Assembly (NCBI RefSeq): GCF_021869535.1
Contig: NW_026262582.1
Span: 7,378,001 to 7,442,000, forward strand
Origin: Mytilus californianus
Taxonomy: Eukaryota
Length of the DNA stretch: 64,000 bases
Reading direction: 5' to 3'
This document shows, one piece after another, positions 13,420 through 24,569 of the stretch. Position numbers and translations under genes: made by a program. Under the pieces are notes generated by a model. That model made no database searches, was not told the origin of the DNA, and was given only the letters and a program-made list of their open reading frames with translations. How positions within the stretch are numbered: position 1 is the stretch's first letter; every line of letters starts with the position of its first letter.

Positions 13420-13915
13420 GACAGGAATACGTCAACGTGCTGATGCGAAATTTCAAAATATCATCTTACAGTCCTTAAAACAACGGTACAGACAGACGGA
13501 TTTATTTTTAAATGACCACCAATGACCTAATCAACATGTAGGGACAACGCCACGTTAATTAAATGTCATTACGCAATGCCATTTGCGAGACAAGTTTACA
13601 TCTGCAACGTCAACTGCTAACTAAGTCGAATGTCATGGCAGACAGATTCAACCAATAAATGTTTCCAATATACTGAAATGCTATGACATTGACTGCAGAA
13701 AAAACATTTTCAGGCCTACAATTGAAACTGCATAATTGCCAAAACAGATTGTAAAGGGAAAGATAGAGGTCAAATCCAAAACTGACAACATGTAAAAAAC
13801 AAACTGGTCGACATTTCTGTCAATCGTTTTGACGTTGGTTACAAGAAGGCACTGTCTTCGAGAAAATTAGGGTTTCAGTGCACATCACATGATTTAAAAA
13901 TAAAACGTGACGTAA
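13420..13915. repeat. Diverged ~500-bp non-coding segment duplicated at 22125-22975
   Basis: Collinear shared blocks in the same orientation: caggaatac, tcatcttacagtcctta, tcatggcagacagatt, gactgcagaa, aggcctaca, ataattgccaaaacaga, ttctgtcaatc, agggtttcagt, aaacgtgac. Confidence 0.8.
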
Positions 13916-13924
13916 TATATACAA

Positions 13925-14275
13925 CTTTCACCATGGCTAAAAGAGAAAAAGACAAACAGACAAACAATAGTACACAAAACATAACATAGAAAACCAAAGA
14001 CTAAGCAACACGAACCCCACCAAAAACTGGGGGTGATCTCAGGTGCTCCGGAAGGGTAAGCAGATCCTGCTCCACCTGTGGCACCCGTCGTGTTGCTCAT
14101 GTTAGTACAAACCCGGTAATAAGTCTAGTTCGGTAGGTCACATTCGGGAAAAGGGGACGGGATTGTGGTTACGACATTAGGAATATATCCGCTATCATTT
14201 GTTAAACGGATATTCCGTAACGGTCAACTCGTGATGGCGTCCGTAAAATTTACGAAGGGATGATTTCAACTTTAA
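13925..14275 (+). repeat. Interspersed repeat family B
   Basis: aaagactaagcaacacgaacccc...GTGCTCCGGAAGGGTAAGCAGATCCTGCTCCAC...cggtaggtcacattcgg...gatattcc; closely matches 16340-16620. Confidence 0.8.
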
Positions 14276-14627
14276 TCTGGCTAGACTTTTTAACCATTTA
14301 TATTCAAAAGTTATTTATTCAATTTTTGATTACATTATAATAATAATTGTTCACTTATTTGGTACATGCAGTGATTGAGCTAATGATTATGGTAGATTAT
14401 GCCTAGGACTATATTTATCTCGCCTAAGGGTTTTACATCAAATTAAGGCAACAACCAAGAAAGCGTTTTCTCATTTGTAGATTTTTTTTTCAAGCTAGTT
14501 ATTCTTCACCGAGTTGTAATCCACAGATTCAAAACTAAAAATGTTGCGAAACCGAGTGCGTTGACAGGGTACGCGTCTCTTGTTTTGCATGCGAATGTCG
14601 CAAACTAGAATAGAACACAATCGGTTT

Positions 14628-14872
14628 AATAAATTTCCTCTTGACAAAACTTAAAATTTTTCGTAAAACTAAGGATTTTCTTATCCCAGGAATAGATTAC
14701 CTTAGCCGTATTTGACACAACTTTTTGGAATTTTGGGTCCTCAATGCTCTTCAACTTTGTACTTGTTTGGCTTTATAACTATTTTTATCTGAGCGTCACT
14801 GATGAGTCTTATGTAGACGAAACGCGCGTCTGGCGTATTAAATTATAATTCTGGTACCTTTGATAACTATTT
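14628..14872 (+). mobile_element. Retrozyme-like repeat (partial monomer spanning the hammerhead junction)
   Basis: Homologous to copies at 4545-4775 (minus) and 36350-36520 (plus); contains a complete hammerhead motif near its 3' end. Confidence 0.8.
14793..14836 (+). ncRNA. Minimal type I hammerhead ribozyme; predicted cleavage after C14830
   Basis: GCGTCA-CTGATGA-GTCT(TATGT)AGAC-GAAA-C(GCGC)G-TC^TGGCGT. Helix I has 6 bp (two G-U), helix II 4 bp, the CUGANGA and GAAA boxes are intact, the triplet is GUC, and helix III/loop is the palindrome ACGCGCGT. Confidence 0.85.
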
Positions 14873-15431
14873 ACAGATCATACGACTATTCTGGTAGCTC
14901 AATATCTAAGACTGCAAGAACATGTCGCTTGTTAATACTTATTTTGAAGAAAATCAAGAACTGGAGCTTAATGGCCCTTCTTATTGGTGTTCATGTTTTG
15001 CATATGAATAAATGAAAACAGGGGGCTTTCGTTAATGAGAAAGCCACCTTTCGCGATAGAAAAACAAAAAACATAAAAGGAAAAATATAATCTTTAACAA
15101 GAAGCATATGTGGTTAGTACACAGGAACTTGCAAACTTATATTTTGGCTATAAACCTTTTGAATATACAGCATCTTATCATTATATGTTGTCAATATAAT
15201 GGACTTCTATGCGACTGGCATACAAGTGAGAGGTTAAGCTATCTATAAAACCAAGTTTAATCCACCATTTTCTACATATCAAATTCCTGTACAAAGACAG
15301 GAATATGACAGTTTTTTCCATTCGTTTGATGTGTTTGGGCTTTTGATTTTGCCATTAAATAAAAGGACTTTCCGTTTTGAATTTTACTTGGAGTTCGGTA
15401 TTTTTGTAACTAAGTATTTTACTTTTTTCAG

Positions 15432-15759
15432 AATAACAGATACCAGTCAGGAACCTGAATGATAAGTCTGATACCCGGATTCATTTCCATTGGATGCAAC
15501 ATTTCGTAACTCACCTTTCAATGTTAAAGATAAGAATGAACCAATTTTAAATGAACATGCATTTTTATGTACTTGATTTTAACATATGACTACCACTTTG
15601 ACGCCATCATGCATACTTTAGAAAATGTTCAACTCTCGACCTACGAATGATGCAATTAACCGAGCAGTCAAAAAGTTGCCTATGTCTCAATAAACAGACA
15701 GTGAACCTGTATTTACTTTTCAACAATTCATAGACGATAACGAAAATATTGTAGATCAG
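15432..15759 (+). pseudogene. Copper amine oxidase pseudogene fragment, inverted relative to the intact gene
   Basis: Translates across frameshifts as NRYQSGT*...PLDATFRNSPFNVKDKNEPILNEHA...VLDFNI*LPL*RHHAYFRK..RPTNDAINRAV..DSEP..VFTFQQFIDDNENIVDQ|GT. This matches the intact gene including the same donor position. In-frame TGA stops and internal deletions are present. Confidence 0.9.
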
Positions 15760-16339
15760 GTATAGTATATTCAATATTGAAAATGATGTAACTAGCCTTG
15801 CGGAATACAAATAGTATGATAGGTCTGGATTTGGGTATTTCAATTATGGCCTTGATACTGATTTCTATAGTTGAGTCAATTATTCTAAGTTCTTTTTTTT
15901 TTAATTATCATCCAAACTATTTTAGTGTCATCATTCCTCTCATTCTTCTTATCTTCAGATTGTTAACTTATTCTGTGTCTGCTGTCCTTAGTTCTTGTTA
16001 GAAAAAATGAAATATTTTGTGTAATTCCTTTAGGCAGGATCATATCTGAATACTTATGAATAAATCGTAAAATGAGCCATTTCAGCAGATTTTGAAGTTT
16101 TTTTTGAAATGCAAGAATGAAGCCTAAAAGCAAATACCTAAGAACACAATTCATAATATCACTATGAATACTGAAATCTGACAGATCAGTATTATTTCAA
16201 CGTCTGAAGGATATTAAGTACTTTCTTGTTTTCCAAATCATTAGTAAAAAGAAAATGGCCTTTTTTTGTATCTTCTTCTTTAAAATTGTAACTATATAGT
16301 AATACCATGTAATATTGCGTATTCAATCCAATCACAACA

Positions 16340-16620
16340 CAGAAAACTAAGCAATACAAAAAGACTGAGCAACACAAACCCAAGCAGACACCGGGATGAT
16401 CGCAGGTTCTCCGTAAGGGTAAGCAGATCCTGCTTCACATGTGACACCCCTAGTTTTGCTCATGTAAGTACAAGCCCGGTGATTGGTCTAATTCGGTAGG
16501 TCACATTCGGTAAAAAGAGGACCGGATTATGGTTACGACATTTGGAACATATCTGTCGTCATCTGTGAAACAGATATTCCATAAAGGTCAACCAACTCGT
16601 TATGGTGTCCCTTAAATTTT
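16340..16620 (+). repeat. Interspersed repeat family B
   Basis: aaagactgagcaacacaaaccc...ggttctccgtaagggtaagcagatcctgcttcacatgtgacaccc...cggtaggtcacattcgg. Confidence 0.8.
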
Positions 16621-17240
16621 CGATAATCTATATGTATGGCAAGCCATTTTTATATTTGTTCAATTTCAAAATATTTCAAAAAGTTTTAGGTATATATATA
16701 TATTTTTTTTTTGTAAATGCCATTCCTGAACTAAGTCGAATAATTCAGGCTCTCCGCGTAATCGACTTATCCACTGCCGAGGGCCTAAACATTTTTATAC
16801 AACCAAAACGTGTGACAAATCCAGGATTTTGATGCGTGCTCCCTGAATTGGAGAGCCAATAAGCTGCTAGCTTAATGTGATAGATATTTTATCTATCTTA
16901 TTGTAGAGCACCTTCACCAGAACCATTCACCATAGTATCGGTCTTTCATATCCTGCAGATAATTCATCCCGTGTGAATATTGTCCCAAATTTTTTTTTTG
17001 TCAGGATCCAGTAGTCGTGCTCCTGTCATTGGCCGCCATTGTGTTTTTTTTTCTCCCTTTTTTTCTGATACTTTAATTTATCTCCGTTTGTCATTTTGAC
17101 TTGATTTGTTGTATATATATATATTGCAAACAACAGCTTTAGGTGTAATTTTTCGCGTACTATTTTTTCATATAATAAAATTGTACATGTCGTTGAGTAA
17201 GATCATAAAATTCTGCAATAAGAGCCTAATCCCACCTTAA

Positions 17241-17914
17241 GGCCGGAGAACACATAGACCGGTAATTCTAGTGGGTAGTTAAGGACTTAAATTACAGAAC
17301 CAATTCGTCCAAAGTCAGCAGAATAATATAATCTGGTGGTGTCAAAGAGGTAGAACCATACAACAAGCTATCAACTGGCTAAAAGCCAACCTAGTAACAG
17401 AGATTGAACTTATAGGGGATATTTGGTTATACGTCTGGATTGGCAAGTGCAATCTCACTTCAATGGACAAGCAAACAAGGTACACTTCCCTCTTTTGACA
17501 ACGAAGAGATAGTTGAGGAAATAACACAAGGGTACAAAGAAATTATCGAACTGTAGGGTCACTTACTTAGAAACTCCCTTTTATTCTATTGTCAATTGGA
17601 ACACCAAACAACATCACAAAGATCCGGCGGTATTCTATGATCAAGAACACACATTAGAACAAAACGTTATAGCACTAAACAAAGAAATAAAGGCAATCAA
17701 CACCTCTCTTCACTCACACTCTCCAGACTTCAACTACGATCTATACAGGACATCCAACTGCAAAACTTCAAAACATAAAGGCTCCTCTAAACATAGAAAA
17801 TTCTTCAACGTTGCACTTTACCCTGACAGCATTCACCCAGATCCAGCGTTATCGAAAGCCTGGCTGTGCAAACTTCTACAACAAATTTTCAGAAACTGCT
17901 GGTCTTCTCGGTAA
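17241..17914 (+). pseudogene. Decayed SGNH/GDSL-like esterase ORF, probably retroelement-associated
   Basis: Manual translation: RPVILVGS*GLKL (block I-like)...IIWWCQRGRTI...LYVWIGKCNLT (block III-like)...YLETPFYSIVNWN...LYPDSIHP (DxxH, block V)...AWLCKLL...stop at 17912-17914. In-frame stops and a frameshift are present. Confidence 0.65.
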
Positions 17915-18329
17915 CACCTATCATATATTTACAGAATTTTTTTCAGACAAATACAACTATCTTAGACATAACCGTCTTTAATACATATTCCTCTTTTTGG
18001 ATCTAAACTTGAATAAATACTTAAAGTTGGTTAAAAACATAATTGGGTAAATATCACAAGTATCTGGTTTATTTATTTTCATATTTTATTTAACAAGTAC
18101 TCTTTTTATTTTTACATTTTAATCCCAAAGTATTTGTATTTACATTTAGAACCAGAGTCTCCTACATATATTTAGAAGTGTCGTCTAGCATCACTAAAAT
18201 AAGTGCAATTTTTATTTACTTTTAAAATTACAATCATTATTGCTTTTTACATCGAACTCAGCTTTATCATTATCTCCTCACTGTAATAATTTATTTTTCT
18301 ATTATCGTTGTAGCATATTATTTCAATTT

Positions 18330-18620
18330 TACCATATATATACGTGGGAGGTTTGCCTAACCATAAAACCAGGTTCAACCCACCATTTTTTCTTAAAATG
18401 TCCTGTACCAAGTCAGAAATATGGCAGTTGTTATCAAATAGTTCATTTCTATGTATGTTGGCGTAGGTTTTTGTTGCACTTCAGTGTTTCTGTTGTCCCG
18501 TTGTTTTCCTCTTATAGTTGATGTGTTTCTCTTGGTTTTAGTTTGTAACCAGGATTTGTTTTCTCTCAATCGATTAATGACTTTTGAACAGCGGTATACT
18601 ACTGTTGCCTTTATTTATAG
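18330..18620 (+). repeat. Interspersed repeat family D
   Basis: aaaccaggttcaacccaccatt...gtaccaagtcag...tttgaacagcggtatactactgttgcctttattt; related fragments at ~9660-9790, 10590-10620, 11990-12020, 12855-12950 and 15190-15420. Confidence 0.6.
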
Positions 18621-18949
18621 TATACGCTTAATTAGTTAGAACAAGAAGTGTGCTTTTTATTTTTCCTTCCGCAATCTTAGATTCTAAAATACTTTCGTCA
18701 AAAACTATTGCAACAATTTACTGCTACTTGAGTACATTTATGAGTTAGCATTGTTAATAGCTTGACGTGTAACTTTAGCTTTTAACACCTGTATTATCAT
18801 TATTTTTACCCTGCTGTCAGCCTTATTATTACTTAGTCATTATCGTTTTTCCTTCTGTTGTTTCAAACTTTAATAAGTCTGATGGATTTTACATAGAATC
18901 TATAAATTGCACCCTTTTAACAGTAGCTGTACAAACAGTATGGTGTAAT

Positions 18950-21420
18950 ACTTACTAACCTGAACCTTGATTCTTGCTACAAAATCTTCAACAGCAAATC
19001 TAACAATCAACCAGGCAGTCTCCTCAAATTCACCATGAACCTATACATGCTATATCATACTACAAACAAGATGACGGTAAATGGCAGCAAGGTTGGTATT
19101 TTTATCAACGACATCTTTGATAAAATCTGTGCAGAAATTCAGAATCAGTATACAGAACTGAGCATCTACACTAAAAATATACACTCCCAATTGAGAATTT
19201 TGAAAGATTCGTCATCTAACATTATACACAGAGACCTTAACACAAACCAGCTTGAACCATTCAAAAGAACAGGCGAACAACTCTCTCCCAATGTGACAAA
19301 TCTTCCCATCTCATATGGACAACAACGACCAGAAAAGGAGGAGGATGAACTCTGTCCAAATTGTGTGAAAGTTGTGCAGACTGAAGGCATTGTGTTAGAC
19401 ACCTGCAATTACTGGTACCACTACGTATGCGTTGGGTTAATAGAAGATATCATCAATTCTTATCAACAACTTGAACTTCACTGCGACTAATGCAATAACG
19501 ATTTGCTCTATTTTAGCAGCTAAAATTGTATCTCAACCCAAAGAAAATAACCAAGAGACAGAGAATAACACATCTGGAGGTAAAGTTACATTAACCGATA
19601 ACGAAACACATCATCATCCTGGTAACCTGAAAAAATCATCCTTCAATTCACCTCCAGTAGCTTCCGTAAATCTTCGTAATATCAGCTGCTCCTCCCTGAC
19701 AGAAAACTCCATAGAAAACATAGAAGAGACTCCTACTACTGATGAAGTAAATGCCTCCAATTTTCCTTAAAGAAACTGCACTATAGAAAGAGGAAAAACG
19801 GAAAAAAAACAATGCATCGGGAACAAAGTCAAATAACATTCAAAGGAAAACAAAGATTAAGTCCATAGAATCAGAACAGGACCAAACACTAATTTTTCAA
19901 AGGACAAGAATTATTGATCTGGAAAATTAAGTCAATCAACACCGCACTGTTCTCCAAACTATTAAAAAAATATAAAAAACCAAAGTGACGCAGCTGAGAA
20001 AAACTCTACACGGCAAAATACCAACCAGTCTGAGTCACCTTATTTCGACTCGAGATATAGGAATTACACAAGCCCTCATTAGTCACACCAACACATGGAC
20101 AGTTATTATAAACAAGAGCTCCTGGCAACTAGACTGCGCATTTTAGAGAATCAAACTGCTCAAAATATGAGCATTTACACTGTTAACATTGCTTCTGATA
20201 ACTCAGCTGTCTCTACAGAATAGATTTACAGGATACTATCATCCTCATCCGCAGTACAACCCACAGCTAACTCCTTATCCACCTCATCAATCAATGTCTC
20301 TCTTGCCTTCTTGTAACACACATCCATCATATACTAGTAGCCAACATCATGGTCCGACACAACTTTCCAACCATTCAGGACTAACTCGCCATCAATTGCA
20401 ATCTCCATACCAGAGCCAATTTCATCATCTAGCAACAGGATATCTAGTTATTCCTAAACAAACCCATATTCCACCAGCTTATGCCACATCATCGCATCAA
20501 ATATCAGACATCTATGAATACACAAGGGCACCCCACATGTCAACAACTCCACATATCATTTCTCAGCCTCATGCTTGTCATCCTTACATGAGTGGAACAC
20601 ATCTAGGTTTTCAACAACAGGTTCCCCATCATCAACAAGGTTCAAGTCGACACAATATCAATCAAAAAGTGTTCCATCAAAATTCATCTAGACCTACAAC
20701 TAAGTCAAACCTACAAACAAGAACTGCTAACAACTTACCACAGGTTGTGTCTTTGAAATCCAGCCAAATAGGTCAGGCAAATAGGCGGCACCAACAAACT
20801 ATTTAGCATCATGTACAAGTCTCTACGGTGGATATATTGGGAAAACCATCTAAACCCAAAAATTACCAGGCTGAAAGGCCCGAAATGGGAAGCCTCACCA
20901 AAAGTCAGGAAACATCTTAAAATCTGCAAACAACTCTACTCTAAATGGAAAGCTCTGGGCAAACCAGAAAATCATCAAAAGAAAACAAGATCTTAAAATT
21001 GAAAAAAAAACTCCGTAGTCAACAAAAACAAGAATACGCTACTGACAGGAGAAAACTATACGAGCAAATTATGGACAATCCTTCAATCGAACTATTCTAC
21101 AAACTCATAAATAGAAATAAAACCAAATCACGTACGGAAACATCTGGTATGGAGATTAACGGTGAATTTAACTTCTCTACTCAAAATCAAAGCCGCGCCT
21201 TCGCTAACTACTATGAAGATCTCAGTAACCCTAAAGAGAGCTCATATGACAAATCCTACCTGGAACTCTTCCAAGTTAGACAGAAAATAGTTGAGAAAAC
21301 ATTCAGGCAGAAAATGCCATCAATCAACCCATACACCTAAAAGGAAGTAAAACAAGCAATTGAGAATTTAAACACAGGAAAATCATCAGATGAACACGGA
21401 ATCTGCGCTGAACACCTAAT
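18950..21420 (+). mobile_element. Degenerate non-LTR retrotransposon (CR1/L2-like group): PHD-finger ORF1 plus ORF2 pre-RT remnant
   Basis: ORF1-like KFTMNLY...VNG, then a PHD finger CPNC...LDTC...WYHYVC...CD*C (19350-19500), low-complexity Q/H/P-rich C-terminus. This is followed by ...WKALGKP...FYKLINRNK...FANYYEDL...PYT*KEVKQAIENLNTGKSSDEHGICAEHL, the typical linker before an RT domain. Stops and frameshifts present; ends at ~21420. Confidence 0.75.
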
Positions 21421-22124
21421 ATAAGAATTGTGTTCATTCATAAAGACAAAACGAAAGAGTAGCCTCTCTGGTAGATTGTTGAAAATGGTATTCTTCAGGG
21501 CATAACAATCTATAACAGTTCTTGACTTTCTAAATTTTAAGGAAACATTATTTTAAACTTATATAAATCTTCAGTAAATGGTTAAATTATGGATTGAAAA
21601 AAAATCATTTAACCAGGTTGTAAAGAACTTTTTTTTTCTTTGCAAGTGCTTTGAAACAGCTTTTCATTTTGTACTTTGACGATATGCCATAATCCTTCAG
21701 TTAACACGTGCTTGTAACTTTTAGAATTTGGAGTTAAGACTTACTCCAGTCATAACAAAAAACAAGATTTCTTACCGGATATTCCAAGATTATAAATATC
21801 CTGTTTGGACGGAAATCAGGGGCAACTTTACTTACACAGGGTTTGTGATGTTTAGTAATTAGTTTTCTGTGTTGTGTTTTTTTTTTTTTGTTACTAGTAT
21901 TTGCCGTGCCGTTGTCAGTTTTTCTTCGATTAATGAGTTTGAATATCCCTTTGGTATCTTTCATCTCTCTTTTAAACAATATGGGAACAATAAAAAGGAC
22001 ATGTCGATTTAATATTTAGTAGGAGAGCCTAGTAAATTCTGTGATATTTATCATAACTTATACTGATGACTTTAAAAACGTAACACATATTTTGGCGATT
22101 GTTTAAAACAAATCAATGTAACTG

Positions 22125-22975
22125 GCAGGAATACATTTGAACGTCAAAATGCTGTTGCTAAATAACTACACGTCAGAAACTCATCTTACAGTCCTTACAA
22201 TAACGGATTTTTTTTTACCACCCATGACCATATCAACCTGTAGTGAAAGCGTCAACTGATCACCAAGTCGTCGGAAATCATGGCAGACAGATTGACGCCA
22301 TAATTTTTTCCCATACACTAAAATGCCATAGAATCGACTGCAGAACAAATAGTTTAAGGCCTACAGTTTAAAGTATAATTGCCAAAACAGACTGTTATGG
22401 GTGGGACATAGGCCAAATCAGAAGGGACAAAACAGATATCAAACATGATCAACAGAACTGCTTGACTTTTCTGTCAATCATTTAAAAGTTGGTTCCAAGC
22501 ATCCATTGCTTCCAACGGTGACACATCCAATGATAAGGGACCGCCTCGGAGGTCTCGTGGTAGCGTGTTCGCCTCGAGTGCGGGAGGTCTTGGGTTCGAA
22601 CCCTGGCCGGGTCAAACCAAAGACTTTAAAATTGGTATTTGCTGCTTCTCTGCTAATCACGCGGCATTAAGGAGTAAGAGTAAAGGCTGGTCGGCTAGGA
22701 GTCAGAATAATGTGTCCGGGTAAGTTGACATGTCTTCCTGCGGACTGTTACCTTGTGAACTAGCACGTTAAAAATCTGGCTCAGCGTGTCGGTCTAGTAC
22801 AAAGCAGGGTTAATATTCATATTAAATTAACATGGTCTCGTCCTAATATGCATATTAATTTGCCGCTGGAAGTTAAGCAGCCATCCATCATCATCATCAT
22901 CCATTGATAAGGAGAAAACCAGGGTTTCAGTACACACCCAATGATTTGAACATTAAACGTGACATAATCAATTCA
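22125..22975. repeat. Second copy of the 13420-13915 segment, interrupted by a SINE
   Basis: Same collinear blocks as 13420-13915; homology resumes after the SINE with gagaaaaccagggtttcagt. Confidence 0.8.
22539..22897 (+). mobile_element. tRNA-derived SINE, full length with TSD
   Basis: A-box-like TGGTAGCGTG, B-box GGTTCGAACCC (22593-22603), central ggtcaaaccaaagactttaaaattggtatttgctgcttctc domain, (CAT)n tail, and 15-bp flanking repeat CATCCA(A/T)TGATAAGG (22524-22538, 22898-22912). The central domain resembles bivalve V-type SINEs from memory only. Confidence 0.88.
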
Positions 22976-24569
22976 ACTTTAGAACTGCAAACTGTATTCG
23001 GAAAACGAAGTAAAGAATGAAATGTATGTTGGTATATGTATTTTATAAGTATTGCTTTTTAAAATAATAAATTAAAAATAATAATGTGTCGCGTTTTAAA
23101 AGTCCGTCAGTATATATTGATCTTTAACATGTGCTTTATTAATTCATGAATATAAGATATTTCAAAAATATTATGTTTTAAAGATCTTCTTAAAATTCTT
23201 AAAATGTTTACATTTTTCATTCAATAAAAAAATGAAATTAACTTTTTATACCCTTGGCTTTTAAATGTTTCGATTTGAGAATTCCTGAAACTCAGGAAAA
23301 GCGCTTCGGGTGAATCAAATTCATATAAGCACTTGCTTACGTGAGGAGATATAAAAGGGTCCGAAAGAAATGGCAATAAACTTGTAAAGGTCAACTACAA
23401 TGTATGCTTAGGGAGTTAAAACCTTATTTCCCTAGTTATTTCTAAATTTACAATGGCGTATAAGTACATGTTAAGATTGTACTATCATAGAACTAAAATG
23501 TAGGATGTACCTGTTCATTGGATTAGAGAATTTCCCAGAAGTGTTATTGTCATATAACTTGCGAGTTTCCAGAAGTGTTATTGTCATATGACTTGTTAGA
23601 CGCGTTTCGTGTGTATCTTCAGAATGTAAAGAAATATGGGTTACTTTGGGTGTATCCACAAATGAAATAAACTTCATGTCATTGGTTGACTTTTTATTTT
23701 TTGGATGTTGTTAGCCAACCTTTGAAATGTACCCATTTGAAAATATATCCTAGAATGCGTTATATTCTGGACCGGGGAATAGGTTGGATATGTTTGGACT
23801 CATGAGTGTCCTTTGTTTTCCGGCCTTAATTTGTAGGTTTATATTTTCGAATGGTTAAGAAAATTTTGTATTGAAAACATTTGGAAACATTCTGGTCACA
23901 TGCCTGTGACAAATTTTCAGTAATAAAAAAGAAATTCCAGTCATTTAAAATTTTCTTGGGAAACAGATAGATTGATCTATCTATTAACTTTTGTCTTTGC
24001 TTCAACTAATTTATACATGAAATTCATTGTAAGATACTTTTAAGGACCATTCTGGTAGATTGTAGGTTTTGAAAATGTCTATGTTTCATGATTTTGAATA
24101 TTCAAACCGCAATATTCACTGTGATCAATTGCTTATATTGGTTATAAGTGTATTCTGGTCAGCATCGTCTTTCGAAAAAGTAAACTTAGAAAAAAATCAA
24201 TGATATTATACAGATATATATATTTAGTCGATTATATGTCGCCCTCAATGTCTAGGTTATTTCTTGTCGTTGGGTTGCTGTCTCGCCAAGTTATTCCCCA
24301 TACACCCTTTGAATCAAACGCTTAATTTTTAAATTTTAAATTCTCCCTCATACTTAATCATTCTTAAATGAGTTGTTTCCAGAAAGACTAAAATTGATTT
24401 TTTATTTGATGTAGCGAGTGGACTGGCGAACAGACAAGCAGTTCAGAGTAAACAATAAAATATCTTGTGTCCTGTATTTACATTGCTTTAGTAACGAAGA
24501 TAACCCTACACTTAAATAAATATACATTTCATTTATAGCTTGCATAAAATATACAGAGGTACACATAAA

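Noticed and set aside
16700-17030. GC-richer stretch with partial minus-strand reading frames
   Set aside because: Multiple stops and no motif I can identify; possibly a decayed element.
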